DNA of 61,318 bases, filler included, from Sphacelaria rigidula (GCA_964200075.2; 7 parts of 7 records of this genome joined end to end with filler, not necessarily neighbours in it); one strand, 5' to 3'; counted from the whole stretch's first letter, positions 36,701-49,907 are shown. Numbers and translations are program-made. The notes: generated by a model not told the origin, from the sequence alone.

Positions 36701-36900
36701 TCTTGTACTTTTTCCTCGTTATATGCAAATAACGAGGGGAAATAACCAACCGGAAGAGACGGCCTGAGACGCAAAAAAAAAGAAAAGAAAACTAGAAAGC
36801 AATCGTGGAAAATTAAAATTATCGCTACAGAGACCACGTTCCTCCAGCCCCAGTTGAGTTTTCGGCAAACAGCCGTCTCCGGAAGCTAGGGATCTCCATG

Positions 36901-37256
36901 TGTGCATGTGTGTGTGTGTTGTCATCCCATCCATTCTGGACGCCAGTTTACAGCTTTCGGTGTATGTGAGGCACACCAGCCAGGGTCACAGAGAACGAGG
37001 GTCGCCACAGGAAGTTCAGGAAGTTCTTGTTTCTTAGCATGGTTCAGTGCTCTCCACCTTTTTTCATCATGCGGTCCCTTTCCCTCGTCGACCGTGAAGT
37101 CGAACTTTCTATCCTCACGACACAGTCGCTCTCCACTATTGGGCATGATGTGAGAAAAAAAAAACAAGATCGTTCGTGACTTCCCCAAGATTCGAACCTA
37201 CTTCCCAACCGTCAGAAGGTCTGCAGGTTACCGACTGAGTTACCGAGGCGACCGAC
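36901..37256 (-). mobile_element. tRNA-derived SINE copy
   Basis: Homologous to 14146-14546 across head, body (TCCCTCGTCGACCGTGAAGTCGAA) and (TG)n tail. Confidence 0.8.
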
Positions 37257-37393
37257 ACAGTTAGGAGAAGGAAAAGTGAGCGAGAATCCTACCAGGAAGG
37301 CGATGTAAAGCGTTTAAACAAAATCTCTTTTCTCCCATATATATATATATATATATATATATTTGGGATGGGGGGGGGGCATACACGCCGTCA

Positions 37394-37861
37394 GGCTATT
37401 TCTCATGTATAAAAAAATGAATCTTGTTGAAAAGTGCACTTTTGGCCCTTCTCTGTCGTTTTTCCCCCGAAAAAAGGGTTAGGCGGATGCTGACACCTTG
37501 GAATGACTTGCTCTACTCGCCGAGGCCGTTCCAGAGCACCTCTGCGTTTCCCCTAGGTGACGGGTTCGTTCTTGGCCAAAGTTGCATTTTCAATAACGAA
37601 CAGTCAAGTTACCAAAAAAACGTTAGTTTTCACCCTGTTTTCTGATAACTTGGCCGTTTGTTATTGAAAATGCAATTTTGACCACGAACGAACCCGTCAC
37701 CTACGGGAAACGCATGTGTGCTCTGAAACTGTCTCAAGTGAGTAAAGCAAGTCATTTAAAGGTGTCAACATCCGCCTAGCCCTCTTTTCGGGGGAAAAAC
37801 GACGGAGAAAGGCCAAAAATGCACTTTTCAACATTCACTTTTTTATACGTAAGAAGTAACC
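37394..37861. mobile_element. H1-related MITE subfamily, complete 468 bp; partial copies at 25650-25865, 34762-34910, 57375-57607
   Basis: Palindromic; termini GGCTATTTCTCA..TAAGAAGTAACC; flanks TCA/TCG. Shares the GACACCTTGGAATGACTTGCTCTA core with H1. The 57375-57607 copy keeps both termini but has lost most of one arm. Confidence 0.8.
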
Positions 37862-38324
37862 TCGTATGTCCCATAAAAATAAAAATGAAATCTAGTGCGG
37901 AAACTTCGTGTCCCCCCCCCTCCCCCGATATCTCATGAGAAGAATCCGTTCCCCCCAACGTGTGACCCAATATCAAAAAGTAATCTTAGAAACGATGATG
38001 ATAACATATTTATGGATCGCTCTGCTTCGCATCACACATCCAATTTTCCTATTCTTCCTCACATTGAAATGGAATGGAAAAGGGACAGAAGAGACAGACG
38101 CCCTCAATGGAGAAAAGCAAGAACGGCATACAAGCAGAAGAAGGGACGGAAAGAAAGTAAGGGCCATAGATTGACGATGACAATTCTTTCGCGCATCGCA
38201 CCACGCAAATTCCAGACATGATCGCTCTATTGTAGTCCGAGTGACGTCCTTCCACGTGCGCAAGGGTGCGCAGGAAGGCGGAGCTGAGACCGGAGTCGTC
38301 GCTCGGCAAGTTCCCGCTAGGTTC

Positions 38325-38600
38325 TCTCGATCTATCCCTGGCCACTACTAGTAGATCCGTCTTGACGTACACGTACAACACGTGCCTCCCGGAATGCCAG
38401 TGGGCATCGAACGAGGCAAACGCGCTAGTGCCACCCCCAGTAGTGCAATGGTACTTGAGCCATTTCCACTGCAAACGGAACTGCGTGACGTAGTGGGCGC
38501 CCACCCAGATGAGCTACACAACCGAGATCAAGGAGTACTCTACGCCTAAAGAGAGAGTCTGTCGGGGGGAACCCCAACGACTGCGTCGACGGCATGTGCA
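38325..38600 (-). pseudogene. USP/peptidase C19-like His-box relic
   Basis: With one frameshift in a C-run and one stop it reads LGFP/RQTLSLGVEYSLISVV*LIWVGAHYVTQFRLQWKWLKYHC...RHVLYVYVK, resembling FP..L...Y.L.SVV.H.G..HY....W..D...Y.LFY. Confidence 0.45.
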
Positions 38601-39076
38601 TGTAGTACTGTTGTGCGTGTACATGTCCTGGTCTGTTCGCATTATGATGCTTCGTCACTATTGGGGGTGGTGGGGGAATTCAAAAATGTGTTCGTTTTTA
38701 GACTGGCGGGTCTGCTCAAACGTAGTATGGAACTGGTTCGATGGTACAGGCAGATATACGCCGGCCGGATATGAACTATATATTCTAGTACATTTATTCA
38801 CGCAAAAAGTATGTCCACCTATATAGGTGGATCCTTATTTCCACCGTGACCTTTTATCATGATCGATCTCGCGATGTTTTTTTTTTTTAATTCGGGGAGC
38901 CCACATTTTTTCAATCAGCTGCCCACTACGGATGTTTTCAAACAAAGTGGGTTCGGGTTACGAGCAAAACCAGAGCTAAGTTTTTGAATTTGAGAGCGCC
39001 ACCTCTACAAACCCGCTCAGCGGGTAGGTGAACAGCACACACATAGTTCACATGAACACAGCTACACGCATAGAAG

Positions 39077-39122
39077 GTCAGAAGGTTTCGCGGTTACCAA
39101 CTGAGCCACCGGGGCGACCGGC
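39077..39122 (-). mobile_element. SINE head fragment
   Basis: GTCAGAAGGTTTCGCGGTTACCAACTGAGCCACCGGGGCGACCGGC is nearly identical to 14502-14546. Confidence 0.7.
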
Positions 39123-42100
39123 ATACAGCAGAGACAGACACAAAGAGGACCGACGGAATATCAAAGTCCAGCCAGCACGAGTCAATGTTGAGCACGACGG
39201 CAAACACCCACGTAGATCTTTCATCATCCGGTGGTGCCGTGGATGAGATTTTTTCCCGAGATTATGGGCACAAAACATACTGTACCATGTAGACTTTACG
39301 GTATAACAGTAGTACAATGAAGTGCCAGGGTGTTGCAGCAGGCAAGAGTATTCACAATACAGGCCGTGGATTTCGCGAACAGTACGACATTACAAGTATA
39401 GGCTATACTTGGCAAACACGGCACAGCTGTAGCCTGTACTTGTTATCTTGTACTACTCCATGTCCGAGTACAGGCTGTACTCTGCCAGGTTACAAGCACG
39501 GGCTGTACTCGCGAGCACAGTAGGTAGCTGTGCTTTGCCAATACAGTGCAGTACTATACCGTCTTCACTGTAGGGTTCGAGGTCACGTTCACATGCACGT
39601 CCATGACAGTGGATGCAGATGCAGAGGATATGTCTACTGACTACTGCCTGCACTTCGGTACTACACGTGAAGGCTTCACTTTGTTCACTGTGTGTGTGTT
39701 ACTGCTGTGTAATGCCTGCACTCCGGTACTACGCGTGAAGGCTTCACCTTGTTCGAAAACATCCGTAACGGACAGCTGATTAAAAAAATGTGGGCTCCCG
39801 TAGGTGGATATAGTTTTTGCGCATTTATTCAAGGCTGGGAGTGGTCGGTGTTGAGGTGATTTTGTTCCTCCGGAAAGCTCGCTCCACATCAGTACATGGA
39901 CAATCTTGTTGCACTAGCGAGAGTCCTCACTTTGTCTGTACCACTCGGGAAGCAAACGCCCCCGAGCTGCCACCCCACGTTTACCGTCATTGCGAAGATA
40001 ACAAGACAAGAGCACGAACAGCAGCTGTTGTGGTCGCTACACACCAACGTAACTGCAGTGAATGCGCATGGCGAGTATCCTTTGAAGTGTCGAACTACAG
40101 AGGGAGAGTTGACAGAAGAAAGACAAAGCTGGCGGCTGCTTCATGTCAGGGCTCCAGTGCAGAAGGGTCCTCTAGATCTTGCTTGTATGCGGGGGTCTGT
40201 CAACTATCGTAGACCGTCCGCACGAGAAGCAGCAAGTCAGCAGCAGCAGCAGCAGCAGCAGCAACAGTATCAGCAGCATATTTGTTGCCAGTAAATGTAC
40301 GTGGCTGGGGGTGCGTCTGAATCAACCGGCGCCGATGCTGCTGCTGCTGCCGCTGCTCTTGGTCGTAGACTGTCCGCGTTTCGACCGTGCGACAAAACAC
40401 ACGCAACTTGCGAGTGATAGCCACCGCGCTGGACAACGCTAACACACACACGAATCGGCACCGGCTGATTCAGACCCACCCCCAGCCGCGTACATGTACT
40501 GCCAGTAAAGATGCTGCTGATACTGCTGCTGTTGCTTCTTCTCCTTCTCATGCGGAACGCGATTAGAACGGCGTGTGATCTCTCGTGATGCTGCATAACT
40601 GCTGTGTTGTTTTGTGTTGACTGTAGTAGTCTGTACTGCATACACCACTGCAAAAGTATCTTGATTTGAGTATGCTAGGCTGTACTCCATATAATGGCGT
40701 CATGGTTCGAGGAGCTTTTCGAAAAGTTCTGCTCGTTTTCCAAAAAGTTCTGCTCGTTTTCCAAAAAGTATTCCGAAAAAAACGAGAGTGTTTTCTGTGA
40801 CAGAAATCTAATGCCGATCTGGGGCTGGGACAACAACCAATTGAAAAATTGGAAAATGGTGATGATGAAATATTCACATGAACTCTTTGACCGCCAGCCT
40901 CGCCTTGGAACAGATTCTCCGGCTGACAGTCCTGCAGTATTTTTCACTTAGCGCTTGTTGCCCTGTTATAGTAGTATTGGGAAGGAATGAGGCCTCCTAT
41001 CGTCACGGTAGGTGCCTTCACGGTTGAGAGGATCCTCGCGCTATCCTGGTGACCTTGGGTCACCTCACCCCTTTTGGAACTTACGATGGAAAATTGATCA
41101 TTTACAATTGACGTTTTTTTAGCAAGATATGGTTGATCGTTCACAGCTCAGACGCAACCAATATTCGCCCAATGCGTATTTTTCAGACCCGTGCGAGTGA
41201 CAAGTGGGGGAAAAAAAATCATATTCACCCATGTGCCGTACCAGACCCGTAAACCCACTGTTATTTTTTTCATCCAATGTTTCACAATGTTTTTGCTAAT
41301 TATTGTCGATGGATACAATTGGACACACTTCATCCGTTGCGTGGTATGTTTGAACAAACCTCACCCGACCCCTCCAGGGAGAATATGTTTCCTGCACCCG
41401 CCGCGTGTGCTACTGGATTCTTCTTCGGCCTTCCATTATGAAAATGGTTGCCGTCGGCTTTCTGTTTCCATATTTTCCCCCTTGTCAGGGCTCCTCATAG
41501 TGAGGCGTTTGGCCCGGGGACAGGAGGGGAGGGTTCCAAAAGGGTCAAGAGTTCGAGACTCGACCTTTGCGTGTTTGCTACTTGCAGATTTTGCCACTGT
41601 CGAGTGAGCGGGATGGCTAAAATCCGCTATCGTACTTTTCTCACTTGACGGCTGGTAATCTCGCTATCCCTAGTAGGACTGAATGGTGCGGTATCTTCCC
41701 GGGACGTTCAGTACTCCACGAACATTCCTCCACTTCTTTCCACTATCCTGCACCGCCACTTCGAAACGAGAACCGCGATACCTTTTATCAGGCCAGCGGA
41801 AAGTACGACTGCAGGACTGTCAACCGGCGAAGCTGTTCCGAGACGAGGCTGGCGGCTGGCGGTCAACAAGTTAATGTGAATATTATTCTCATCATTTTTG
41901 TTATTATCATCATTGTTTCTGAGATGACTCTTCGTTCGTGGGTCACACACGTTGGGAAGGTACGGACTCTTCTCATTAGATATCGGGGGGGGGGGAGGGA
42001 GGCGAGGGCGGGTGAAAAAAATATCCCTGGACCCACACTCATTTTTTTTTCCATTTGGGGCCGATTGGGGGGGTCGGGGGCTGGCAGGTTCCGGCTATAT

Positions 42101-42534
42101 ACTAAATCCTATATACTCAATGCAACCAAGCTCAATCACAAGTTACTTGGTTTCAGACTGGGTTGAACGGGGGAGGAGAGTCACCTCACTTGCAGAGCAC
42201 ACCGAAGCACAAGCAGGAAAAAACAACACAGTCGCAGTCTCGGCAAGTCTTGGTTTGGTGTTGGGCTTGAAGTACGCTGTGTAAGCGAACATAAACCGAT
42301 TGGTCCATTGCTTGATGCAACTTGATCATGAATCCTAGCAAACCCAATTGAGTCAGATGACTAGAGTTCGGCACCCTAACACCAGAACAAGCAGAGCCAA
42401 GGATTTTTCGCAAAAACGCGGCGAGATTAATTAGTTGGGGCAAAAGATCGAGGCGGGGGAGGGGGGCAGTTGCGACGAACCACAAACCCTTTACCCTTCT
42501 GTGACCGCAGCAGCCACTACAACGGCCGTGCTAT

Positions 42535-42768
42535 ATACCGAAGTTCAAAACAACCACTTGAAGGGAAAACGTTTCCAAGAGGATGACCTTCAAAACCGTA
42601 ATTTGTAAGTATTCTTCGTAAATCTGGATGAGTATAAAAAAAGACTCCATATAGATTCCAAACTTCACGTTCCCACCAATCAGCACAGGGGAAAAGGCTT
42701 ACAACAGAAAAAATAGGATTAATCTCATTTGTATAAGTTTTAACCCTAAGACGTAAATTATATCTCAT
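42535..42768 (-). pseudogene. nad9: NUMT: fragment of mitochondrial NADH dehydrogenase subunit 9
   Basis: Reads RYNLRLRVKTYTNEINPIFSVVSLFPCADWWEREVWNLYGVFFYTHPDLRRILTNYGFEGHPLGNVFPSSGCFELRY, the Nad9 WWERE..HPDLRRILT.YGF.GHPL motif. AT-rich, intronless and truncated at both ends. Confidence 0.92.
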
Positions 42769-44042
42769 GATGTCTAAAAATAAAATAAAATAATAGGTAA
42801 CCTGTTGCCACTGAACACCAGTCCCAGAAGGGATAATACGATACTGTATTCTCGTTTGGAAGCTTGCAAGACGACAGCGTAAGAACATGCAGCGCACGGA
42901 AGGGGGCAGCGGTAGTCGGAGTGCGGCAAGGGCGTCCCCGGGTAAGGCGTGGGAAGGCCAAACGAGGGAAGCGCGACAACTCCAGCTCAAGCCCGCCCAC
43001 CTCTGTGAGGCAGAAGGCGCGGGGGTCTCGCCGGCGGGTACATCAAGCACTGCCACGTATGGTGGGCAGCCCCGTGGGCAGCCGTAGGGTGGTGGACTCG
43101 GCGAGGCTGCTGGTTAGAACGGGGGTTTCTTTCGCGATGCACGCGAGGGGGTCGGTGAGGCTGGGCGATAGATTGGTCACATTCATGAGGGACTTAGGCC
43201 AAGACGCACACAGCTTTGGGAACTATGCCCAGCCTCTCGTGCTTGCGACTCGTACGTCTAGGAAAGGTGACTATTGGTAATTTCCACTCGAGATCCATCC
43301 ACTGAGCACGGTCTTGACAGGCACTTTCTCCCACCCTACCCTTGATTCATACAACATGAATCGAATGTATCTTTCTCTTGATCTTCTCTGACCACGACTC
43401 GTACGGGACGAATCATACGCATCACGATACGTCTCTCAAAAGTTTTAAAAAGCAGTACTGTAATGCACTGTAAGGTGGTACAGTTATGGGTGGGACTGGA
43501 GGGTCTAACGACCAAAAATCAGGGGCATACTAAGAAAAAATTCGAGTGCGGAGGAATAATGAACACGTCAGTAGGTGGTCGCACCTATGCCGAGGCCCTC
43601 TCGAGCAGAACGCACGCTTCATCACTTATAAACTTGATTTACTATGGGACAGCTCTAGCACGGGAGATCGCGCGGTTTTCGACACAAGAAGCAAGCCAGC
43701 CTACGGCACTTCACCCCCCCCCCCCCCCGCGCATACACACAAGATCTAGGAAAATCCATTTCACATTTTCCTNNNNNNNNNNNNNNNNNNNNNNNNNNNN
43801 NNNNNNNNNNNNNNNNTTAATTAATTAANNNNNNNNNNNNNNNNNNNNNNNNNNNNNNNNNNNNNNNNNNNNGCTTTGTAGGGATGCGAGGTCAATGGTC
43901 TGATGACTATGGCAAGCATGATCATGAGTACACCCCCCCCCCCCTCCGCTAAGTTCGCCCATCCATCGCCGGGCCATTGCATACGGTATCGTCTGTTTCA
44001 AGTAACCTCGCCCTTCCCAGCATTGAGTGGAGCTCATCTCAC

Positions 44043-44217
44043 CCAGCATGGTAGTCATCTTGGTCACTGTGGTCTTGGGTTTGCGGGAAACTAGTGCATA
44101 TGCGTCAGAACCAAAGTTTCGCTCCCCCCTGTCGAAGTTGACGGCCATCTCCGTCTTCCTCTTAGAGGCAGTGTTTGTCACGATCTCTAGTGGTTTTCCG
44201 CGGGCAACCAAAGCGAC
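44043..44217 (-). CDS. HYOU1: Exon 2 of HYOU1/GRP170
   Basis: CAG| acceptor in phase 0; reads VALVARGKPLEIVTNTASKRKTEMAVNFDRGERNFGSDAYALVSRKPKTTVTKMTTML(G); G|GTGAGA donor. Continues FMK-VA as in GRP170 (MKVAIVKPGVPMEIVLNKESRRKT...ERFFG). Intron 1 is 44218-49216; the rest of the gene is off-contig. Confidence 0.9.
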
Positions 44218-45079
44218 CTGCTCGCGCAAGAAGGTTAAATATACAAGAACGCGAAAGGGTTTAAATCTGAAACGCAAAAAAAAAAAGTACTCCCCAGGGA
44301 TAGTCAACGGGGACACTCCCTCACGGGGTAAAGGTTAGGTGCGAGAGACAGGAAGATGCCGGAGGCTAAGGAGTAGTATTTGGAGGGTACCTTTACACCT
44401 ACACATGAAAGGACAGAACAGAGCGGCGTTGAGGTTTCCAGTGAAGGAACCGCAAAAGTGTGAGTTCGGCGGTTCGAACAAACATGCGTCCGGAGGGCGA
44501 TGCCTGTCCACCAATTGAAAAAAAAAAAAGGACCGTCGCTGATAAACGTTAGTGGAGTTGAATGCGCAAGTCGGCAGGCCTCGGTCAGAGTCGACGCTGT
44601 TGTCACTGCGGTGATTTACATCCTGAATATTGTTGCATCTGTGACATCGACCAACCTTTTCATAATACTGAGCAACACTAGAGCAAGCCGTGCCGAAGTG
44701 CTTTACTGCATGTATGGATTATTTCACTTGGATGAGGACGTGAAGGTCGGACATGATGTTTCGTCTTTCATTGTCCAATGGTTGGCGAAAACGCCGAACT
44801 GATGTTTCGTCGCCTTTTTGCGTGTGTTTTTCTCGCTCTCTTGGATACTTTCGTGCAGTAGTCAACGTCGCGACGGAAGATAGCACTCGAACCCGGGATA
44901 CTGTTTTTTGGGGGCTATAATTCATCTTCCCTCGAAAGTTCTAGAATCGGTGAATACTGGTAAAACAGTCGCTCACAGGGAAAAATTGCCTCTGCTGTAC
45001 GATCGGGGTAACACGGAGTTGAAACCCGCACGGTGGGTGGTGATTTTAACAAGAGTATTCTCATTTCAAAACACGATTT

Positions 45080-45905
45080 TCTAGCTGTACAATAGTCAGC
45101 GTCAGAAGTATGCGGAATTCGTAATTTCTTAGTTTCCCAAAAAATTTCCAAATTTGTTTCGCATGCCATCGCCCATCAGTGATTATTGGATGCTCAAAAA
45201 TGGGCATGTCGAGATATCTTAATCCTCTTGACAAATATTGGAAAAAAAAAAATCTGCGATCAATATTGAGTGACTTACGGGCTTGACCGATCTTCGAGGG
45301 TCCTGCAAAAGTGCAACCCCAGGTTTTGACTTTCCGGTATTCTCGGTTGACCGACTCGATCCCGATCATATAAGTGAACACTCGAGAAGATTATTTTTCC
45401 AAATTCCACCCATTCACTGCGCTGAACCGGAAAACTATGTTTCTTGGGCCATTCACGGTCAATAACACCCTCCTGATAAACGGGGTCTTTAATCCGTATC
45501 GCCCCCACCACACCCACTCGGGCATTGTGATTCAAGCACGGTCTGTTTTTTTCGCCAAAAATTTTGACGCTAGCACTTTTGAGTGCCCATGGAAAATGTT
45601 GGAGCGAAAAACACGAAATTAGGCCACCCGCGGAAAATTCTAGACCGAGGTCTGTGCAGTATAGGACGGGAACACGACCTCGATCACTTTTTGTGAAGAA
45701 TTGTTTACGTATTCCTTTATCCGAATATTTACCGCTTCGTTGCAGAAGAGCCAGAAAACTGTTTTTATTGGACCAAAAATGGTCAATAACACCCTCCTGA
45801 TAAACTGGGTATCTAGTCCGTATCGCCCCAATAGCACCAACTTGGGCACTGCAGTTTGAGCGCGGCCTATGCTTTCCCTAAATCTACCGGCGCTAGCACT
45901 TTCAA
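45080..45905 (+). repeat. Repeat element inside HYOU1 intron 1; related copy at ~53310-53780 (-)
   Basis: Internal ~150-bp direct repeat (GGTCAATAACACCCTCCTGATAAAC at 45457 and 45781); 45285-45450 matches the reverse complement of 53480-53650. Confidence 0.6.
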
Positions 45906-48900
45906 GTAGTAATAAAGAAGAGTATCCGACGAAAACTCAAAGACTACAACAACTACGAATTCTGAAGACTTCTGATGCTGACTACTAAAGCGCAACGAGT
46001 ATCCAGAGATTTACAAGCAAAAAGGCAGACTTGTTGATCACAACTATCGGGATTGCTTCAATCGAGCAAACATATCGAAGAGCCCGCAACTCAGGCTGTG
46101 TACTCGCAGGGCCCCCCACGACCGGTTAGCCCGCAAGTCGTTCAACATTGATTATTTTTTCTCATTTTCCGCACATTAGTCCGGTCTCTTGGACCCGTGA
46201 TCACTAAAGTCAAAATTGATAGTCAGTCCACGATTTTCTTCTGGAATTTGCGTCGGGTGCTACAATTTCTCGACTCCCAAATGTTGAGATTACGTGTTGC
46301 ACCGCGTCAATCTTTGGTAACCGAAAAACCTGATGAAACCGCGCGCACGCGGAAACTCCTTGTCTGAAGGTTGGCCACCCACGCACGATTTTGATCGTGA
46401 TCAATGTGCGAGTTTGCATTCCTCCTGTGGTGATTAAATATCGTACATTAAATCAATTATCCTTTTCAAGTTCAGCCGAAGTCACAGGATATATAGACGC
46501 GTGGCGATGCACGCACATTCGCATCCCACATGGAACCGCACGACACGGGGACCATATCCGACGTTTGGGAGATGGCAGGAACCAGTCGGTCGGTACGTAC
46601 ACACGAGAATAAAAATTGTTGAGGCGCTTTCTGGTATAATACAGTAGCAACGCGCAGTTGGGTCAACCGCGGCTGAGGCAACAGGGGACCAATTATCACA
46701 GTGCTCCAGAAATTAGACTGGGGGTACAGTTGTGTTGCAGAGGACAAAGTAACACGTTGCCAAGGAGGAATTCCGCGTTTGATGTTACTTGATTTTGAAT
46801 TTTGAATGAAGCACTTGGAATACCCGCGAAGTCTACTTGTACATGACTGCGGTAGCCCTACATTGATGCTGTACCAGTCGATGGTGTTCAGTGATGATGT
46901 TGCGTTTGTTCAGAAGAAGATATTAACTAGAAGAAAAACTGGGGGCATATTTTCTCTATGGGCTACTGGGATGGCAGCGTTCATGCTCCCATTAGGTGGG
47001 GGGCAGGCGTGAAATGTGGACCACACTTCAAAACAGTATCATGGTCAACAAAAAATCTCATTCATCCCTTGAACCTGTGCAGGGACCGACAACTCGGACA
47101 ATAATCCAAGGAGCAGAAATGAACGTGCGCGACTAGGGATGAATCCAAGTAACGTGCGTCGAACTAAGGGAGTTTTACGTGCCGGGGTAGTGCTGCATGT
47201 TTGTTGTTTAGTTCAAGCAAAGTGGGTCTATGTGATTGCGGGGTTTCTTCCCTAGACAATGATATTGAGGACCACACAGGGGGGATTTTGGGGGGTGGGG
47301 GGAGGGGTGGGGGGGGGTATAAGTACTCCATCCATTTTCTACAGTGCTCCAGATGACAACATGATGCCAAAAGTAGCCGAAAACTCGTCACCCGCTGGTC
47401 GCGCTGAGGGGGTAGTACACTGGGTATTGTACCGCTGATGTACACCCGCCGTGGTTCCATTTCTCAATACTCGTACGTGTGGGCCGCGGAGGATATACCC
47501 AGGATGAAATCCAGTGTGATGACAAGGTCAATATTGACCGTCCGCAGGACGGCGCAAATAAGATGAGAGCATGGTCCGTTCGTTGTAGCGAAGGCGCGAG
47601 GTAGCGAAGGCGACAGCCTTTTGCAACAGCCTTTTGACCTCGCGAATAAACTCTTCTTTGAGGCTGCATAATGGTACGAGCTGGGCCAGCCGGCAAGCGA
47701 TTCTGCAGTTCGCAGGCCCGTTCTACGGCCAATACTTGGAGTTGGACCCTAAAATTTGGTATGGACGGACATAATAAAAAAATTACTGGCGTACACAGGG
47801 GAGTTTTTTTTGTTCATGAGTTAGGGGTATTTTGCCGATATCTGAAAACTTATTATTGCCCTCAACTCATGAACAAAAGAATCCCTTGAGTACGCCAGTA
47901 ATTTTTTTCAATATACCCTTCTTATTGTCCATACCAAATTTCAGGGTCCAACTCCAAGTATTGGCCGTATAATGGGCCGTTGAGTGACAGGGTCAGAAGA
48001 AATCCGGAACAGTATTTTGAGGACCATTTACCGGCCCACGTTTGTGTTTGTGTATTGAAATCTTGTGTGGGCGCTCTCTAAAGCATACATATCAAAAGAA
48101 AGTGGATCAGGTTAATTTTTTCCAATTTTTCCCAGTGGTTTAGGGCGTTCTACTATGGTAAAGACCATATTTCACGAGAACGCCCTAACCTCTATGAGAA
48201 GAAAAAAAATGGAAGGCCCATTTTTTTTGTATTCGGCACTCTTTTGTGGTTCTCCACACCAAAATTCGTCGCCACCCGCTAAATGCATCGATAGGAAGTT
48301 TCATGAAGATTTTAGTATTGGCGGTATTTCCCCTAGGTATAGGAATTACTAGACATGGGGTTTAATCAACGAGAAAATTTAGGCCCAAACTTTGGAGCAG
48401 ATGGGCACCTTCCCCTTCATTAGACGATTAATACGCCGGTATGCGGATCACGGCCCAACTCGTCTGTGTCGATAAGATATTGCTTTTAGAGCTTAAATCC
48501 GTTTTTAGGCTGGCCCAGCTTGTACCGGAACAAGACAGCATCATTCATTGAGGCTTCAATTTGAGATTGCCGTACAAGTATTGTACTTGAAACGTATCGG
48601 ACGACGGTAGCATCGGCCGTATGACAACAGTATGCATCCCGGATAGATTCATCGGCAGTGGGTCGCTGGTTGCTCTCAACATCCTTTGGGGATACGTCGA
48701 GATCTTGACTGTTACCGAGACACCACACATTGTGCGGCATCGTGTTCATCCCAAGGATTCGAAGTTCGAGAACGCAAGGATATTACCTCGTACTGCTGTC
48801 GTACCGTCCGTACTACTACTGTTAAATAGTTCAGGGTTGAGAAACGGAGGTACACGACTCGGGTGTTACCAACATCTCAAAATTTTCAACGACAGCTAAC

Positions 48901-49216
48901 TGAGACACCGACACCCCATGATACCACAACCCGCTGCTCAACACATCACGCACAAAATCTGCGCATGTTGCAACTCATTCGGCCGGGAGGAAACAAAAGC
49001 CTGAGATAGGACACCTGAACAAAAGAACGCTCCGCACACCTCGCGCACCCGCTGACCGCGTCCCACAGGACCACCCACCATCTCCACAACTTTCCGCAAC
49101 GTACCCACGAATTAGTCTCGAAGATATGAAACACCACGTAGCTGCGATCCTATTTAGCTGCCACTGCAACCCCTGGCACTATAGCGGTCTCATTCTATGT
49201 TAACTTTGACACTTAC

Positions 49217-49336
49217 CTTCATAAAATCTACGCCGAGGTCGATACCTATGACATTGCCAGCGGCCGCGGGCAGCATGCCCGTCAGGCAAACCACCCCACT
49301 CCAGGCTAGGAGCATGGCTCCTATGCCCCGTGCCAT
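49217..49336 (-). CDS. HYOU1: Exon 1 of ER Hsp70-family chaperone HYOU1/GRP170 (Lhs1-like)
   Basis: ATG at 49336 reads MARGIGAMLLAWSGVVCLTGMLPAAAGNVIGIDLGVDFMK: a hydrophobic signal peptide plus the Hsp70 phosphate-1 motif GIDLG. Ends in phase 0 at a canonical AAG|GTAAGT donor. Confidence 0.9.
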
Positions 49337-49907
49337 CGTTCGTTTTGTTTTTGTTGAGGTTTCCTATGGAAATGCAAACCAACACGATGTATGGAAAGTA
49401 TAGGAGCACCCTGCCTCTACTTCCACTTGTGTTTCTGACTCCCGCTACTGGTGTCACTAAGGAAGGGAAAATAAGTATGCTGGCCTTGCGACAGCTATGA
49501 TCTTACCCACGTGCTTGGCAGTTCAGGTCTGTTTTTTGTGTTTTTCGCAGTATGACACGCTTACAGTATTTTTCGCAGACCCCCTGTCGTATTTGTAGTC
49601 AGAGGGAACTACTGTTGCTATAGACGAGAAAATACCACCACCCCTCGCTGAGTCTGGTGCTAAGACAGATGAAGACCCCCGCAACAGTTCCATGTTGTTT
49701 GAACAGCACCAAAGAGAGAAGAACTCAACCAGGATCAAAGAAATTCCCTGATTGGGCCACATATATGTGATAGTACGACATATATTCAAGAACCATATTT
49801 TGATAAATGACAATAGGTACCTTTGTATTGAACTTTGCCCATCATGAGTCGCAACTGTCAAGCCTCTTTTGACCTCTAGTAACCTTCACCGCGACTGGCC
49901 CGAGAGC
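49337..49907. promoter_or_regulatory. Probable bidirectional promoter/5'UTR region between divergent start codons
   Basis: 571 bp separate the HYOU1 ATG (-) from the plastid-leader ATG (+) on the same contig. None of the repeat families recognised in this window was seen here. Confidence 0.5.

Noticed and set aside
42517..43056. 179-aa functional nuclear Nad9 with targeting peptide
   Set aside because: Only 78 codons are homologous, both Nad9 ends are missing, conserved residues are mutated, and the upstream part is unrelated flank with a non-ATG start.
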